Source: a phage
Length of the DNA: 64,000 bases
Strand: one strand, 5' to 3'
Sequence record: OZ346228.1
The notes beneath the pieces are model-generated. The model saw only the letters and a program-made list of their open reading frames with translations. It searched no databases and was not told the origin of the DNA. Made by a program: the position numbers and the translations under genes. Shown here one piece after another: positions 39,329 through 47,840 of the stretch. How positions within the stretch are numbered: position 1 is the stretch's first letter; each line of letters starts with the position of its first letter.

Positions 39329-39620
39329 AAACATCACCCCCGCAGGGTTCTTAAAAGTATACCGTGAACTGCTATATACTACAGAGGACAGTGTTCTAGA
39401 GTATCCAGAATATCTTTTGCTGTATAAGTATCTGCAGGAGGCTGGTGAAAATCTGCCAGTTAGTGCAGAAGGTGGTCCGAACTGGATATACAGCGCATGG
39501 AGAAAGGTTGACATTCTCCCAGATCCGGGTAAAGATATGGTAGTTTGGCAGCTTATCAACAACATCGGGATTCCAATCTTTGATGAAGCTGTTAAAATCT
39601 ATTTTGAACTTGACGATTAA
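39318..39620 (+). CDS. hypothetical protein
   Basis: ATG after AGGAGA; the track start at 39300 overlaps the upstream gene. Confidence 0.4.
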   Translation: MKTENITPAGFLKVYRELLYTTEDSVLEYPEYLLLYKYLQEAGENLPVSAEGGPNWIYSAWRKVDILPDPGKDMVVWQLINNIGIPIFDEAVKIYFELDD

Positions 39621-39637
39621 TATCAGGAGACCTTAAG

Positions 39638-39883
39638 ATGGCTGAAGTAGTTGCTCGCGCAGGACAGAAAGTACGTTGTGTGGAAGTAGGTTTTGGTGGC
39701 AAAGGGTGTCAAAACTTGACTCAAGGTAAGGAATACGCTGTTATTTCTGGTGGTGGCGACGAGAGTATTGTGTTCGAGGGCCACATCCTGGATGCTGAAA
39801 ACTTTGAAATCTTTGACGACGATGGAGATCCGATCACCTGCCTGCTGGACGGGAATTGGGGAACTTTCGAAGTGATTGGCTAA
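39638..39883 (+). CDS. hypothetical small protein
   Basis: 81 aa with AGGAGA RBS. Confidence 0.45.
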   Translation: MAEVVARAGQKVRCVEVGFGGKGCQNLTQGKEYAVISGGGDESIVFEGHILDAENFEIFDDDGDPITCLLDGNWGTFEVIG

Positions 39884-39966
39884 CAAATACCTATTGTAAT
39901 TTACAGAAGGGGATGCTAAAATAGTGTCTCCTTCTATGTTGTTCAAATAAAATCGGAGATTCCATA

Positions 39967-40332
39967 ATGGAACAAATGAACGATCAAGCGTCGGTTGCGA
40001 TGAACGAGCAAGAACAACCTCAAGAATTTTTCTTAGGGTTAAGTAAAGATCAAGTGTCTCTTCTGCTAGTGCTTTCTTCTTTCATGGGAAGACTTCAGGA
40101 GCTCACACAACAGCCAGAGGCTGAACAATTATTCCAAGCTTTGCGTGAAGAAGAAAAATATCGTCGTTTGGACTATGCCTTAGGTTGGGTAGCTCAACAA
40201 CGAGATATGCTGATGGCCCTCTCTGGGACCACAAGTTTTGCAATGGGGCTGTTGGCTCAAGTTCAGGACAAATTAATTCAAGCAGGGTTTGCACACACGG
40301 CAAACACTAACGAAGAACAAGGAGACAAATAA
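39967..40332 (+). CDS. hypothetical protein
   Basis: 121 aa, Gln/Glu-rich, immediately upstream of SSB. Confidence 0.45.
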   Translation: MEQMNDQASVAMNEQEQPQEFFLGLSKDQVSLLLVLSSFMGRLQELTQQPEAEQLFQALREEEKYRRLDYALGWVAQQRDMLMALSGTTSFAMGLLAQVQDKLIQAGFAHTANTNEEQGDK

Positions 40333-41558
40333 TGAGCGTTATTCAACAATTCGCTAACCCGATGAATCCGCGTGAAACTGTTTTACTGGCTCACGGCATG
40401 ATTAAACGTGTCAGCATCAAGCCTATCAAAGGTGCTGATCCTACAACAGGTATTAAAACCACTGTGTGGCAAGGTAAGAAAATTGAATCCAGCCACACCA
40501 TCTCTTTACTGATTTCTGAACTGGATTCCTCTGATAACCTGCTTCAAGGTGGTGAAGAAGTTTGGATCAGCATGGGTGATAAGCTGCTTAAACCTGGTCA
40601 TCAAGACTCTGTCTCTGTTAAAATTGATGACAAGTGGGAAACCGTAACGCCGGGATGGATCGTAAATATTCCTTTGAAGGCAAACGAGCATAACGGTAAG
40701 ACCTATTACAAAGGCTCACTGGCTAAGATGGTCAAGCTGGGTGCAGGAGAGGCTCCAGCAGCGACTCAGCAGCAAAAACAGCAACAAGGTGCACAATCAC
40801 AAGGCCAGAAGCAGAAACCTCAGCAGAATGCCAATCAGGACGTTTTACGCATCTATGGTGATGTGACTCAGATTGTTGGCAACGTGGTTACTGTTAATGA
40901 CCACAAGATTGGCGAAGGTGCTATGGTTGTAACTGATGAGCAGCTTAAAGACCTGGTGGTAGGTGGTCGTGTTGCAGCCATTGTTGACAAAGACACCGGA
41001 AACATTATCAGTGGTTTCAAGGCCTATCCTCCTAAGGCAGAGAACGGCACTCAAGGCTCTGGTGGCAAGCGTAAATCCTCTTACGACCCTATCGGTGTGG
41101 AAACGGGGCATAGCATCAATGCGTTGCAGATCATCCTGGATCGCGGGTTTAAGGTAGACGACCCACTGGGCGTGGCTAAAACACTGCACGTAGTCACCAT
41201 TGAGCTTAAGAAAGAGTATGCTCAAGCCACCAACCGAGCTGAAGATGAAGTAGGTGCCAGTGTCGGTAATGCGGTGTTGAACGCTTGTCGCCGTATTGAC
41301 AAGAAAACGAAAGTTGATGATTTTGCAGTGGCAATTACTGCAGAAGCAAAAGATGTCTTGACTAATCTAGCTGAGCCGTTGTACGATTGGATCAAGAACG
41401 GTGCTGAGTCCACTGACCATCAAGAACCTCAGGCTGCCAAACAGGAAGCAGCTCCACAGCAAAACACTGTAGACGCTCCTCCTGTAAATGATGCGGAAGA
41501 TGACCCAATGGATCAGAATCCAGCACAGTACGTCTTTGATGATGACATCCCATTTTAA
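40332..41558 (+). CDS. ssb: single-stranded DNA-binding protein (SSB-like) with acidic C-terminal tip
   Basis: 408 aa; C-terminus ...YVFDDDIPF matches the bacterial SSB tail (DDDIPF); Gln-rich flexible linker; AGGAGA RBS; terminator follows. Confidence 0.65.
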   Translation: MSVIQQFANPMNPRETVLLAHGMIKRVSIKPIKGADPTTGIKTTVWQGKKIESSHTISLLISELDSSDNLLQGGEEVWISMGDKLLKPGHQDSVSVKIDDKWETVTPGWIVNIPLKANEHNGKTYYKGSLAKMVKLGAGEAPAATQQQKQQQGAQSQGQKQKPQQNANQDVLRIYGDVTQIVGNVVTVNDHKIGEGAMVVTDEQLKDLVVGGRVAAIVDKDTGNIISGFKAYPPKAENGTQGSGGKRKSSYDPIGVETGHSINALQIILDRGFKVDDPLGVAKTLHVVTIELKKEYAQATNRAEDEVGASVGNAVLNACRRIDKKTKVDDFAVAITAEAKDVLTNLAEPLYDWIKNGAESTDHQEPQAAKQEAAPQQNTVDAPPVNDAEDDPMDQNPAQYVFDDDIPF

Positions 41559-41574
41559 CATTTAGTTAACATAG

Positions 41575-41602
41575 CCCTGCCAGAAAGGGTGGGGTATTTT
41601 TG
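41575..41602 (+). terminator. rho-independent terminator after ssb
   Basis: GCCCTGCC-AGAAA-GGGTGGGG then TATTTTTG. Confidence 0.65.
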
Positions 41603-41620
41603 TATAAGGAGATCTAAAAA

Positions 41621-42037
41621 ATGACATTAGAAGATATCATTGTTAAACCTGAGAACTATGACCAATACAACCTGTCAACTCAATCTGTAGACCTTGGATG
41701 CGCCACGGTCAGTGCGTGGCTGGTTAACGGAAAAGAGCTGGATAAATGCTTAGAAGCTCACATGTCTATTAACAAGTTTCTGGATGAAAATACTCACTGG
41801 CTTGAGGGTGCAGGAGTATATGCTTCATGGTTGGAAAGTATGGGATTCGACTACCAATCTGAAGAAGGGTGGTGGAGCTATTTAGCTATCTGCCCAGAGA
41901 CGCTGCAATGCTTCATGAAATATTCTGAAGATTTGGAGTACCGGGCGGTGGTTGATAGTGCTATTGCCCGTTATAGCCGTAAACCTTTTTCCCACGACAT
42001 TAAAACTGTGGAAGAGTTTGTTGAAGTTTTCTGTTGA
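41621..42037 (+). CDS. hypothetical protein
   Basis: 138 aa with AAGGAG RBS. Confidence 0.45.
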   Translation: MTLEDIIVKPENYDQYNLSTQSVDLGCATVSAWLVNGKELDKCLEAHMSINKFLDENTHWLEGAGVYASWLESMGFDYQSEEGWWSYLAICPETLQCFMKYSEDLEYRAVVDSAIARYSRKPFSHDIKTVEEFVEVFC

Positions 42038-42133
42038 CACAGGTGGAAAGGTGTGCAATTATAACTTCATAGAACGGGAGGACGTGATGAACGAAGAAAA
42101 CTGGGATGTATAACTAACAGGAGGCCACTGCCC

Positions 42134-42331
42134 ATGATTTATCGAATCCGTGTAAGAGAAGATGCACCAGGCTGTTACTTTGACTGGCGTGGGTGGTGGT
42201 TTCTCCACCCAATGGATGGACTCACAGATAGAATGCTGGATGCTGCCCTTTATACAGATACCGACATAGAATATAATCTCTATCTGAAGGACGGTATAGA
42301 TAACGGCCTGTTTGAAGCAATTCCTGTGTAA
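42134..42331 (+). CDS. hypothetical small protein
   Basis: 65 aa with GGAGG RBS. Confidence 0.4.
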   Translation: MIYRIRVREDAPGCYFDWRGWWFLHPMDGLTDRMLDAALYTDTDIEYNLYLKDGIDNGLFEAIPV

Positions 42332-42399
42332 GAGACTGTAATAGCTATGTTTTATGATCTTCCTGTAGCACCACCACCTGTTGAACCCGGAGAACTAAG

Positions 42400-42825
42400 A
42401 TGATCTATGAAATGCCAAAACTGATTCGTGACGATGCCCAAAACGCCCACACCTTTATCATGGGCAAGCGCATGGATATTATTTGTCATAAAGATTTCTG
42501 GGAAGGTAGTTACTTCACAGAATATTTTGGTAAACTGGATAATGGTCTGCTGATCCAGTTCTACACCGATGCGGAAAACAATATCTGCTGGGAGTTCGAA
42601 ACTGAAGATATCCATAAACTTTTCACCTTCCTAGGTATTAAGGTTGAGGCCAAGTTTGAAGAAGGCGAGTGCGACGATTGTGGATTCTACGAGGTAACAG
42701 ATTTCTATCTCCCAAGTGGTGAGAACCTTTACTATGAAAGCCACTTCGGCAACTCAAATATGCCACAAGGTTGGGATGAGTTTTTTGAAATTGCGGAAGA
42801 GGAGCTGACATACCGTGATTATTGA
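42400..42825 (+). CDS. hypothetical protein (coupled to macrodomain gene)
   Basis: 141-aa ORF; 3' end overlaps the start of the macrodomain ORF. Confidence 0.45.
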   Translation: MIYEMPKLIRDDAQNAHTFIMGKRMDIICHKDFWEGSYFTEYFGKLDNGLLIQFYTDAENNICWEFETEDIHKLFTFLGIKVEAKFEEGECDDCGFYEVTDFYLPSGENLYYESHFGNSNMPQGWDEFFEIAEEELTYRDY

Positions 42826-43273
42826 TACTGTAGCGGGAGATTTAATCTCCCTTTTTAAGAGCGGTGCTGGTCACCTGATCCACGGTTGTAACTGCTTTCA
42901 TACAATGGGTGCAGGCATAGCGAAAGATATTGCCCGTGAGTTCCCTCAAGCACTGGCAGCCGACAAAGAGACTGCCTATGGTAATCTGGACAAGCTGGGT
43001 ATGTTTTCTTGTTGGGAGCATTTTGCCAAGAACAGGGTCGTATATGGAATCAACCTGTATACCCAGTTCTACCCAGGGCCCAATGCTGAATACTTCTCAA
43101 TAATGAAAGGTTTTGAGCGAGTCAACGAGGTATTCAAAGGTGTGTCATTGCCGTTCTACATTCCTAAAATTGGATGCGGTATTGGCGGTCTAAAGTGGGA
43201 ACATGTAGAAGATGTAATTAATCTTGCAACCACAGATATTGATGTGGTTGTAGTAGAGTACAAAAAGTGTTGA
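42815..43273 (+). CDS. macrodomain protein (TARG1/OARD1-like ADP-ribose hydrolase fold)
   Basis: 152 aa; HGCNCFHTMGAGIAKDI and PKIGCGIGGLKWEHV resemble the two signature segments of TARG1/OARD1-type macrodomains; probable GTG start. Confidence 0.7.
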   Translation: MIIDTVAGDLISLFKSGAGHLIHGCNCFHTMGAGIAKDIAREFPQALAADKETAYGNLDKLGMFSCWEHFAKNRVVYGINLYTQFYPGPNAEYFSIMKGFERVNEVFKGVSLPFYIPKIGCGIGGLKWEHVEDVINLATTDIDVVVVEYKKC

Positions 43274-43524
43274 CGACCATCTTCTGAGGTGATATAGTTT
43301 CCACAACAACTAAGAGAGGAGAGCACTGTGGAGACTAAAATCTTAATTCTTGCTGTGGTAGATACAACCGAAGGAGCTATATTCGAATCTGCAGGGGGGT
43401 ATTTCTACCTACCATACGGAAAAAGAACTTCCGAGCCAAGTAAAGATTCAATCCTCAAGGTGTTCCCGTGTGCTTTCTGGCTGGAGATTTTGGTATAAGA
43501 TTGCAGAGGATTTGGGAGAGAATT

Positions 43525-43719
43525 ATGAGAAACAAGAAAGAGCTTTACTCTGGTGAGTGGATCAACGATCAACAGGTGGGAGAGGTAACCTGCTTCCGAT
43601 GTTTTACCAGGTACAATCTTAAAACTGCACCAAAAAGTGTTCCAAAGACTGACGGTTATTACATAAAAGAACCTCATTGCCCAAAATGTAAATGCCGATT
43701 ATACTGGAGTAACCTGTAA
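43525..43719 (+). CDS. small zinc-ribbon protein
   Basis: About 64 aa from internal ATG (MRNKKELYS...); CFRC...CPKCKC cysteine pairs; start approximate. Confidence 0.4.
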   Translation: MRNKKELYSGEWINDQQVGEVTCFRCFTRYNLKTAPKSVPKTDGYYIKEPHCPKCKCRLYWSNL

Positions 43720-43782
43720 AAGATTGACATCTGAAAACTGCAGTGTATAATATATGCATAAACTAACAGAGAGTGATGTATT

Positions 43783-43974
43783 ATGGTAATTTTTAACCGG
43801 GATGGTATCATAGTTAGACAGCACCCGTTCCTTGAATACTATCAAATTGAGCAATGGTGCTACGGGGATTGCAGTCACTCCTATGGGCAAAGTTGGGGAT
43901 ATCGTACAGTTTTTGAATCCACAGACCTTGACAAAGTAAAACAGAAAGTTTTAGAACTTCTTAACAACAAGTGA
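43783..43974 (+). CDS. hypothetical small protein
   Basis: 63-aa ORF. Confidence 0.4.
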   Translation: MVIFNRDGIIVRQHPFLEYYQIEQWCYGDCSHSYGQSWGYRTVFESTDLDKVKQKVLELLNNK

Positions 43975-43984
43975 GTATCGTGCC

Positions 43985-44317
43985 ATGGTAACATTGGAAA
44001 GACGTAAAGCTATTGCCGCCACACTGGCAGACATCTTTTGGGATTGTAATTTAAAATCTACCCGAAATTGTGGTGCATCTGTAGATGTATTATTCCCACG
44101 GCCTACTATTGTTGCAATGGGCAACCTGCTCGATGTGGTATATGGAGCATGGGACAAGGAAGGTGGATTCTATATCTGGCAACCTGACTACGGGACTTGG
44201 AAAGAGGTTAGTGGTTCTTCGGACTTCACTCCTGCAGTGGCTAAAATGGATGGCTGGAAAATCTATGTCGGTAACGACATGGAACTGAAAGGCGAAATTG
44301 TTTACTGGTTACCTTAA
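43985..44317 (+). CDS. hypothetical protein
   Basis: 110-aa ORF. Confidence 0.45.
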   Translation: MVTLERRKAIAATLADIFWDCNLKSTRNCGASVDVLFPRPTIVAMGNLLDVVYGAWDKEGGFYIWQPDYGTWKEVSGSSDFTPAVAKMDGWKIYVGNDMELKGEIVYWLP

Positions 44318-44338
44318 GAAAGTCCAGGAGATAAAGTT

Positions 44339-44584
44339 ATGAACAAAGGGTGGACATTTGTAGACGGCGTTAAAAACATGCCTCTAGGAAAGTATATTGT
44401 AGCCATGGCAGATGAGAATGGCAAGGTTGATTTCGGAGTTTGCGAGGTTGTTCTTGCAGGATCTGGTGACTATGCTCACAAAACTGGGATAATTAACGGT
44501 CATTTCTACTTTGATTACAACCCTGTTGTGGCGTATATGGCTATGCCAGAGTTCGAGCTCCCAAAGGAAGGTGCAGATGTTTAA
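44339..44584 (+). CDS. hypothetical small protein
   Basis: 81 aa with GGAG RBS. Confidence 0.45.
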   Translation: MNKGWTFVDGVKNMPLGKYIVAMADENGKVDFGVCEVVLAGSGDYAHKTGIINGHFYFDYNPVVAYMAMPEFELPKEGADV

Positions 44585-44774
44585 GCTTAAATCTGCATGG
44601 AACATCGCTGTGGGGGACGAGATCCGTATCCCAGGTGGAAAGACCATTATGAAAATATCTCGTATCGAGTACGAAGGTGATCGTGTATTTCATATCTTTG
44701 CAGAAGATGGTCGAGAGATTTATATACAGGCAGGATCTCACATCTATATTCGTAAGAAAGGGGAGGACAAATGA
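44577..44774 (+). CDS. hypothetical small protein
   Basis: ATG overlapping upstream stop (ATGTTTAAG); the track start at 44511 is inside the upstream gene. Confidence 0.4.
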   Translation: MFKLKSAWNIAVGDEIRIPGGKTIMKISRIEYEGDRVFHIFAEDGREIYIQAGSHIYIRKKGEDK

Positions 44775-45100
44775 CAGAGATCATCATTTCAACTGCAGGG
44801 TATGTATTCCTGACAATCATTGCACTGGCTATTTTGGTGACAGTGTATGGGTTTGTTATCCTTCCTATCCTTGAGACATTTAGTTTGTGTCGGTGTTGGA
44901 GAAAAGCTTACGGTCCACAACCATGGAAGGACTGGCCCCACCTGGTGCGCTTAGCGTTCTCTTATGCTTACGATCACTCCAGTAGTGCATGCATAACCGG
45001 ATACCACGCCCACAACTGGAGCTGGGAAGGGTTGAGGAAATGGAATGTTACAAAGACCATACCTCTGCGCATGTACAAACCTAAAAACAAAGACAACTGA
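44771..45100 (+). CDS. hypothetical membrane protein
   Basis: 109 aa; N-terminal hydrophobic helix (YVFLTIIALAILVTVYGFVILPIL). Confidence 0.45.
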   Translation: MTEIIISTAGYVFLTIIALAILVTVYGFVILPILETFSLCRCWRKAYGPQPWKDWPHLVRLAFSYAYDHSSSACITGYHAHNWSWEGLRKWNVTKTIPLRMYKPKNKDN

Positions 45101-45139
45101 TACTTGAAAATTCCTGGCATATCAAGTATAAGGGGGATT

Positions 45140-45667
45140 TCTAAAATGGATTTCCTCCTTTTGATATTTCACCGGGCTGGATATTTTAAAATTCTTAGAA
45201 AATCAGAAAATGGATCGAAAACTAAAATGGATTTTTCAGAGTAGGCGCGACAAGCTGAATAACTCATCCTATCGTTTGCACCATATTCCAGGCCACCATT
45301 ATAGATTTCCCACACATGCTAACCTCTCCCTACTAGAACTTCCTCCACTTACCCTTGACCTTCTATGGTAACAATCTAACCGCTATCTTGAAGTTGCGGT
45401 GCAGCTTTCCAGGTACTCGATCTACTTTTCATTTCAGGGCTTGGATTTTCTGAAAATTTTTCTCGATAAATTTCTCAGTACTCGATCTGTTTTTCGTTTT
45501 CTGAATCGGATTTTCTGGAAATCGTTCCGGCTCTCAACCTGAAATTTTTGGGGACGAAATCGATTTTTCGTTTTCAGAAATGGATTTTTAAAATTTCTAT
45601 ATGGGAATATTTTAGTGGATACTGTTTTATAGGAAATTGTTACGGAGGGTAATTAGCATGCTAATTA
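45140..45667. repeat. AT-rich iteron-like repeat block with 18-bp perfect palindrome (origin-like)
   Basis: Three copies of TCGATCT-N-TTTTC-R-TTTTC-W-G (~45411, ~45476, ~45555); four AAAATGGAT motifs; GGATTTTCT twice; palindrome TAATTAGCATGCTAATTA at ~45650-45667; no ORF over 60 aa. Confidence 0.45.
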
Positions 45668-45702
45668 AATTTATTAAATGCGAGGAGTTCTCATTTAGAA
45701 TT

Positions 45703-45930
45703 TTGAATGATAATCATTCTCGTTTGCAGAATAACGGGCAGGCCCGGTGATTGTCTCCCGGCCCCTGTTGCCCCGGCTTGTTATTATAGTATCACACAGG
45801 ACAAAGAAAGCAAGGACTTTTTGCATAAATTTTTAAATGATAATGATAACCGTTCTCATTTTATGCAGCGCCCATCCCCGGTGGTTGTCTCCCCCGTCAC
45901 CGGTGCCTGCCGTCCTTTCGATATGTATAT
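45703..45930 (+). promoter_or_regulatory. two direct ~90-nt repeat units, each with a Fur-box-like GATAAT array and a GC-rich hairpin segment
   Basis: Unit 1 GAATGATAATCATTCTC ... CCCGGTGATTGTCTCCCGGCCCC ... TTATTATAGT; unit 2 GATAATGATAACCGTTCTC ... CCCGGTGGTTGTCTCCCCCGTCACCGG ... TATGTATATTGT. Confidence 0.35.
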
Positions 45931-46121
45931 TGTGCCACCTGGCGGGGCCGCTGTCAACACTTTTCAAAAAATTTTTCTAACCTGGTGCGCTAACCGTTGC
46001 AACCTGGCGGGGCCAGCCTGGCAGGACCTAACTGACCAGGTAGGGGAGAATGAAGGCTTGTAAACCTGGTGGGCCTATGCTACAGGATAGGTAACAATTG
46101 AAGAGGAGGTACAAAAATGAT

Positions 46122-46232
46122 ATGATCCCCCTGGAAAATGTAGCTATTAATGACTCTGAGGCTATCGCCCTGGTTGAAAAGGCTATGGCGGGAGCGTTGG
46201 AACATAAAGAAGAGTACGAAAATGGTGGTTAA
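46122..46232 (+). CDS. hypothetical micro-protein (not in ORF track)
   Basis: 36 aa read manually (MIPLENVAINDSEAIALVEKAM...); GAGGAGG RBS 11 nt upstream. Coordinates approximate. Confidence 0.3.
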   Translation: MIPLENVAINDSEAIALVEKAMAGALEHKEEYENGG

Positions 46233-46286
46233 CCTGGCGGGGGCGGCAGGTGGATTCTATCATAAAAATAATTTAAAATAGTAGTT

Positions 46287-46312
46287 GACAACAAGGTTAA
46301 TCATGGTATTAT
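46287..46312 (+). promoter_or_regulatory. sigma70-type promoter
   Basis: TTGACA, 16-nt spacer, TATTAT. Confidence 0.45.
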
Positions 46313-46362
46313 TACCCTACAAGGTGAACAACACCGCACTAACCAGTAAAGAGGATAAATTT

Positions 46363-46560
46363 ATGAACGCATACGGGATCAAAGTACGTCGCAACACTCG
46401 CCAGGTGGTCACCAATCAAGTGATTTGCCGGGTGGATGTAACCATCAACAACGGGCAAGGCCTTTATAAATTTCGTCGCGGTCATAGCTATACCCTGCAA
46501 CAGCTTAATCGTTGCGCCCTGACAAAAGGTCAGATCAACCACTGGTTTAATAAAAAATAA
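46363..46560 (+). CDS. hypothetical small protein
   Basis: ATG after AAAGAGGATAA; the track start at 46285 lies in the promoter region. Confidence 0.4.
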   Translation: MNAYGIKVRRNTRQVVTNQVICRVDVTINNGQGLYKFRRGHSYTLQQLNRCALTKGQINHWFNKK

Positions 46561-46563
46561 GTA

Positions 46564-46592
46564 TTGACATACAGTCAGACACCAAATACACT
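46564..46592 (+). promoter_or_regulatory. sigma70-type promoter
   Basis: TTGACA, 17-nt spacer, TACACT. Confidence 0.45.
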
Positions 46593-46624
46593 AAAAGCAC
46601 AAAAGACACTAAGAGGATAAAATC

Positions 46625-46810
46625 ATGAAAACCACTACCTTTAATTTTGATAATGCAGACTTTTCTTTTTCTGATGTCAAGAACTGCCGCCGTGATCGTG
46701 GATTTTACAAGGCTTATAATCTGGTGGGCCTGGACGATGACAATAATTTGCACGAAGTAGCTGAGATCCAGCTTGACAGATTGGACGGGAAAGTACTAAA
46801 AACTTATTGA
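46625..46810 (+). CDS. hypothetical small protein
   Basis: 61 aa; AGAGGATAAAATC RBS; promoter 46564-46592 upstream. Confidence 0.45.
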   Translation: MKTTTFNFDNADFSFSDVKNCRRDRGFYKAYNLVGLDDDNNLHEVAEIQLDRLDGKVLKTY

Positions 46811-46812
46811 GT

Positions 46813-46857
46813 TTATTTTTAGATGGCCTTGACACCAGGGCCATCAATAAAGTAAAC
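46813..46857 (+). repeat. palindromic promoter-associated repeat element, copy 1
   Basis: TTATTTTTAGATGGCCTTGACACCAGGGCCATCAATAAAGTAAAC; inverted repeat GATGGCC/GGCCATC around a TTGACA; identical to copy 2. Confidence 0.6.
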
Positions 46858-46890
46858 TAACCACAGTTGAGCGGAAAAGGAGGCTTAAAG

Positions 46891-47010
46891 ATGAGCACTA
46901 CACGCCAGCACACAAAGGTAACCATCATCGTTTGCATCATTGGGTACATCCTGGCGCAAATGTTGATGGGTAGCGCCAACGGTGTCGCAAAATTTTTCTT
47001 AAACTTTTAA
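46891..47010 (+). CDS. hypothetical small membrane peptide (not in ORF track)
   Basis: 39 aa read manually (MSTTRQHTKVTIIVCIIGYILAQMLMG...); AAAAGGAGG RBS; single hydrophobic helix. Confidence 0.4.
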   Translation: MSTTRQHTKVTIIVCIIGYILAQMLMGSANGVAKFFLNF

Positions 47011-47038
47011 TTGACAAGCTAACTTAAATCGATATAAT
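47011..47038 (+). promoter_or_regulatory. sigma70-type promoter (consensus -35 and -10)
   Basis: TTGACA, 16-nt spacer, TATAAT. Confidence 0.6.
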
Positions 47039-47089
47039 AAGCACATAAACGGGAAAACTTCCCAGAACACACAAAAGGAGAAAAACACC

Positions 47090-47431
47090 ATGACTACTAT
47101 GACCGCCTCAGAAAAAGCTATGCAGATCGCTGAACTGAAAAAACAGATCGCAGACCTTGAGAATAAGATCGATAACTTTGAAATCGACGAGGACAAGTAC
47201 GACGAAAACTATGATGAATGGTTAGACGAGATCTACGGCGAAATTATGATCGGAAACATTTCTTTTCTTCCGTCGCGTATCCTCAAGGAGCTAGATCCTA
47301 TCGCTTACCGCTGCGGATTTAGCGACTACATCGACAGCCTGGATATTGAGGACGATGAAGAATACCAGGAATTACAGACAGAGTTAGAAGAAGCAAAAGA
47401 AGAGCTTGCGGAGCTGGAAGAAAACGAGTAA
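47090..47431 (+). CDS. hypothetical acidic coiled-coil protein
   Basis: 113 aa; strong promoter at 47011-47038 and AAAGGAGA RBS upstream. Confidence 0.5.
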   Translation: MTTMTASEKAMQIAELKKQIADLENKIDNFEIDEDKYDENYDEWLDEIYGEIMIGNISFLPSRILKELDPIAYRCGFSDYIDSLDIEDDEEYQELQTELEEAKEELAELEENE

Positions 47432-47433
47432 GC

Positions 47434-47478
47434 TTATTTTTAGATGGCCTTGACACCAGGGCCATCAATAAAGTAAAC
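47434..47478 (+). repeat. palindromic promoter-associated repeat element, copy 2
   Basis: Identical 45-nt sequence to copy 1; intergenic between 47090-47431 and 47521-47766. Confidence 0.6.
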
Positions 47479-47520
47479 TTTATACTGTTAACACTGAACT
47501 AATGCATAGGAGTTAAAACC

Positions 47521-47766
47521 ATGGCAGCACTAATCACCAAATATTATGCCCCTACCAACACCAAAAGCGCCCGTATCATGGTAAAAGGCTTCGGACGTAA
47601 AAAGGTGTACACCTGGGATTATGCCTTAGACACGGAAGACAACTACACCAACGCAATGACCGATTTTATTAATGAACTAAATAAGCAGATCTTGACAAGT
47701 TATAAAGTGACCGATATTGCTTATATAGGTGAAGGCGGGATCTGTTTTGTAGGCATTGTGAAATAG
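47521..47766 (+). CDS. hypothetical small protein
   Basis: 81 aa; follows the palindromic repeat element and an AGGAG RBS. Confidence 0.5.
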   Translation: MAALITKYYAPTNTKSARIMVKGFGRKKVYTWDYALDTEDNYTNAMTDFINELNKQILTSYKVTDIAYIGEGGICFVGIVK

Positions 47767-47812
47767 TTATTTTTTCGGTGGTCCTGGTTGCAGGGCCATC
47801 TATAAAGATAAT
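47767..47812 (+). repeat. degenerate relative of the palindromic repeat element
   Basis: TTATTTTTTCGGTGGTCCTGGTTGCAGGGCCATCTATAAAGATAAT; same architecture, diverged sequence. Confidence 0.4.
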
Positions 47813-47840
47813 TTATTAACACCATGAAAGGAGAAAGTAC

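Noticed and set aside
45707-46063. 118-aa + strand ORF in the ORF track
   Set aside because: Low-complexity product (Pro/Gly/Ala/Cys-rich), no RBS, and it spans the two direct repeat units and GC-rich hairpins; most likely a chance open frame over regulatory or RNA sequence.
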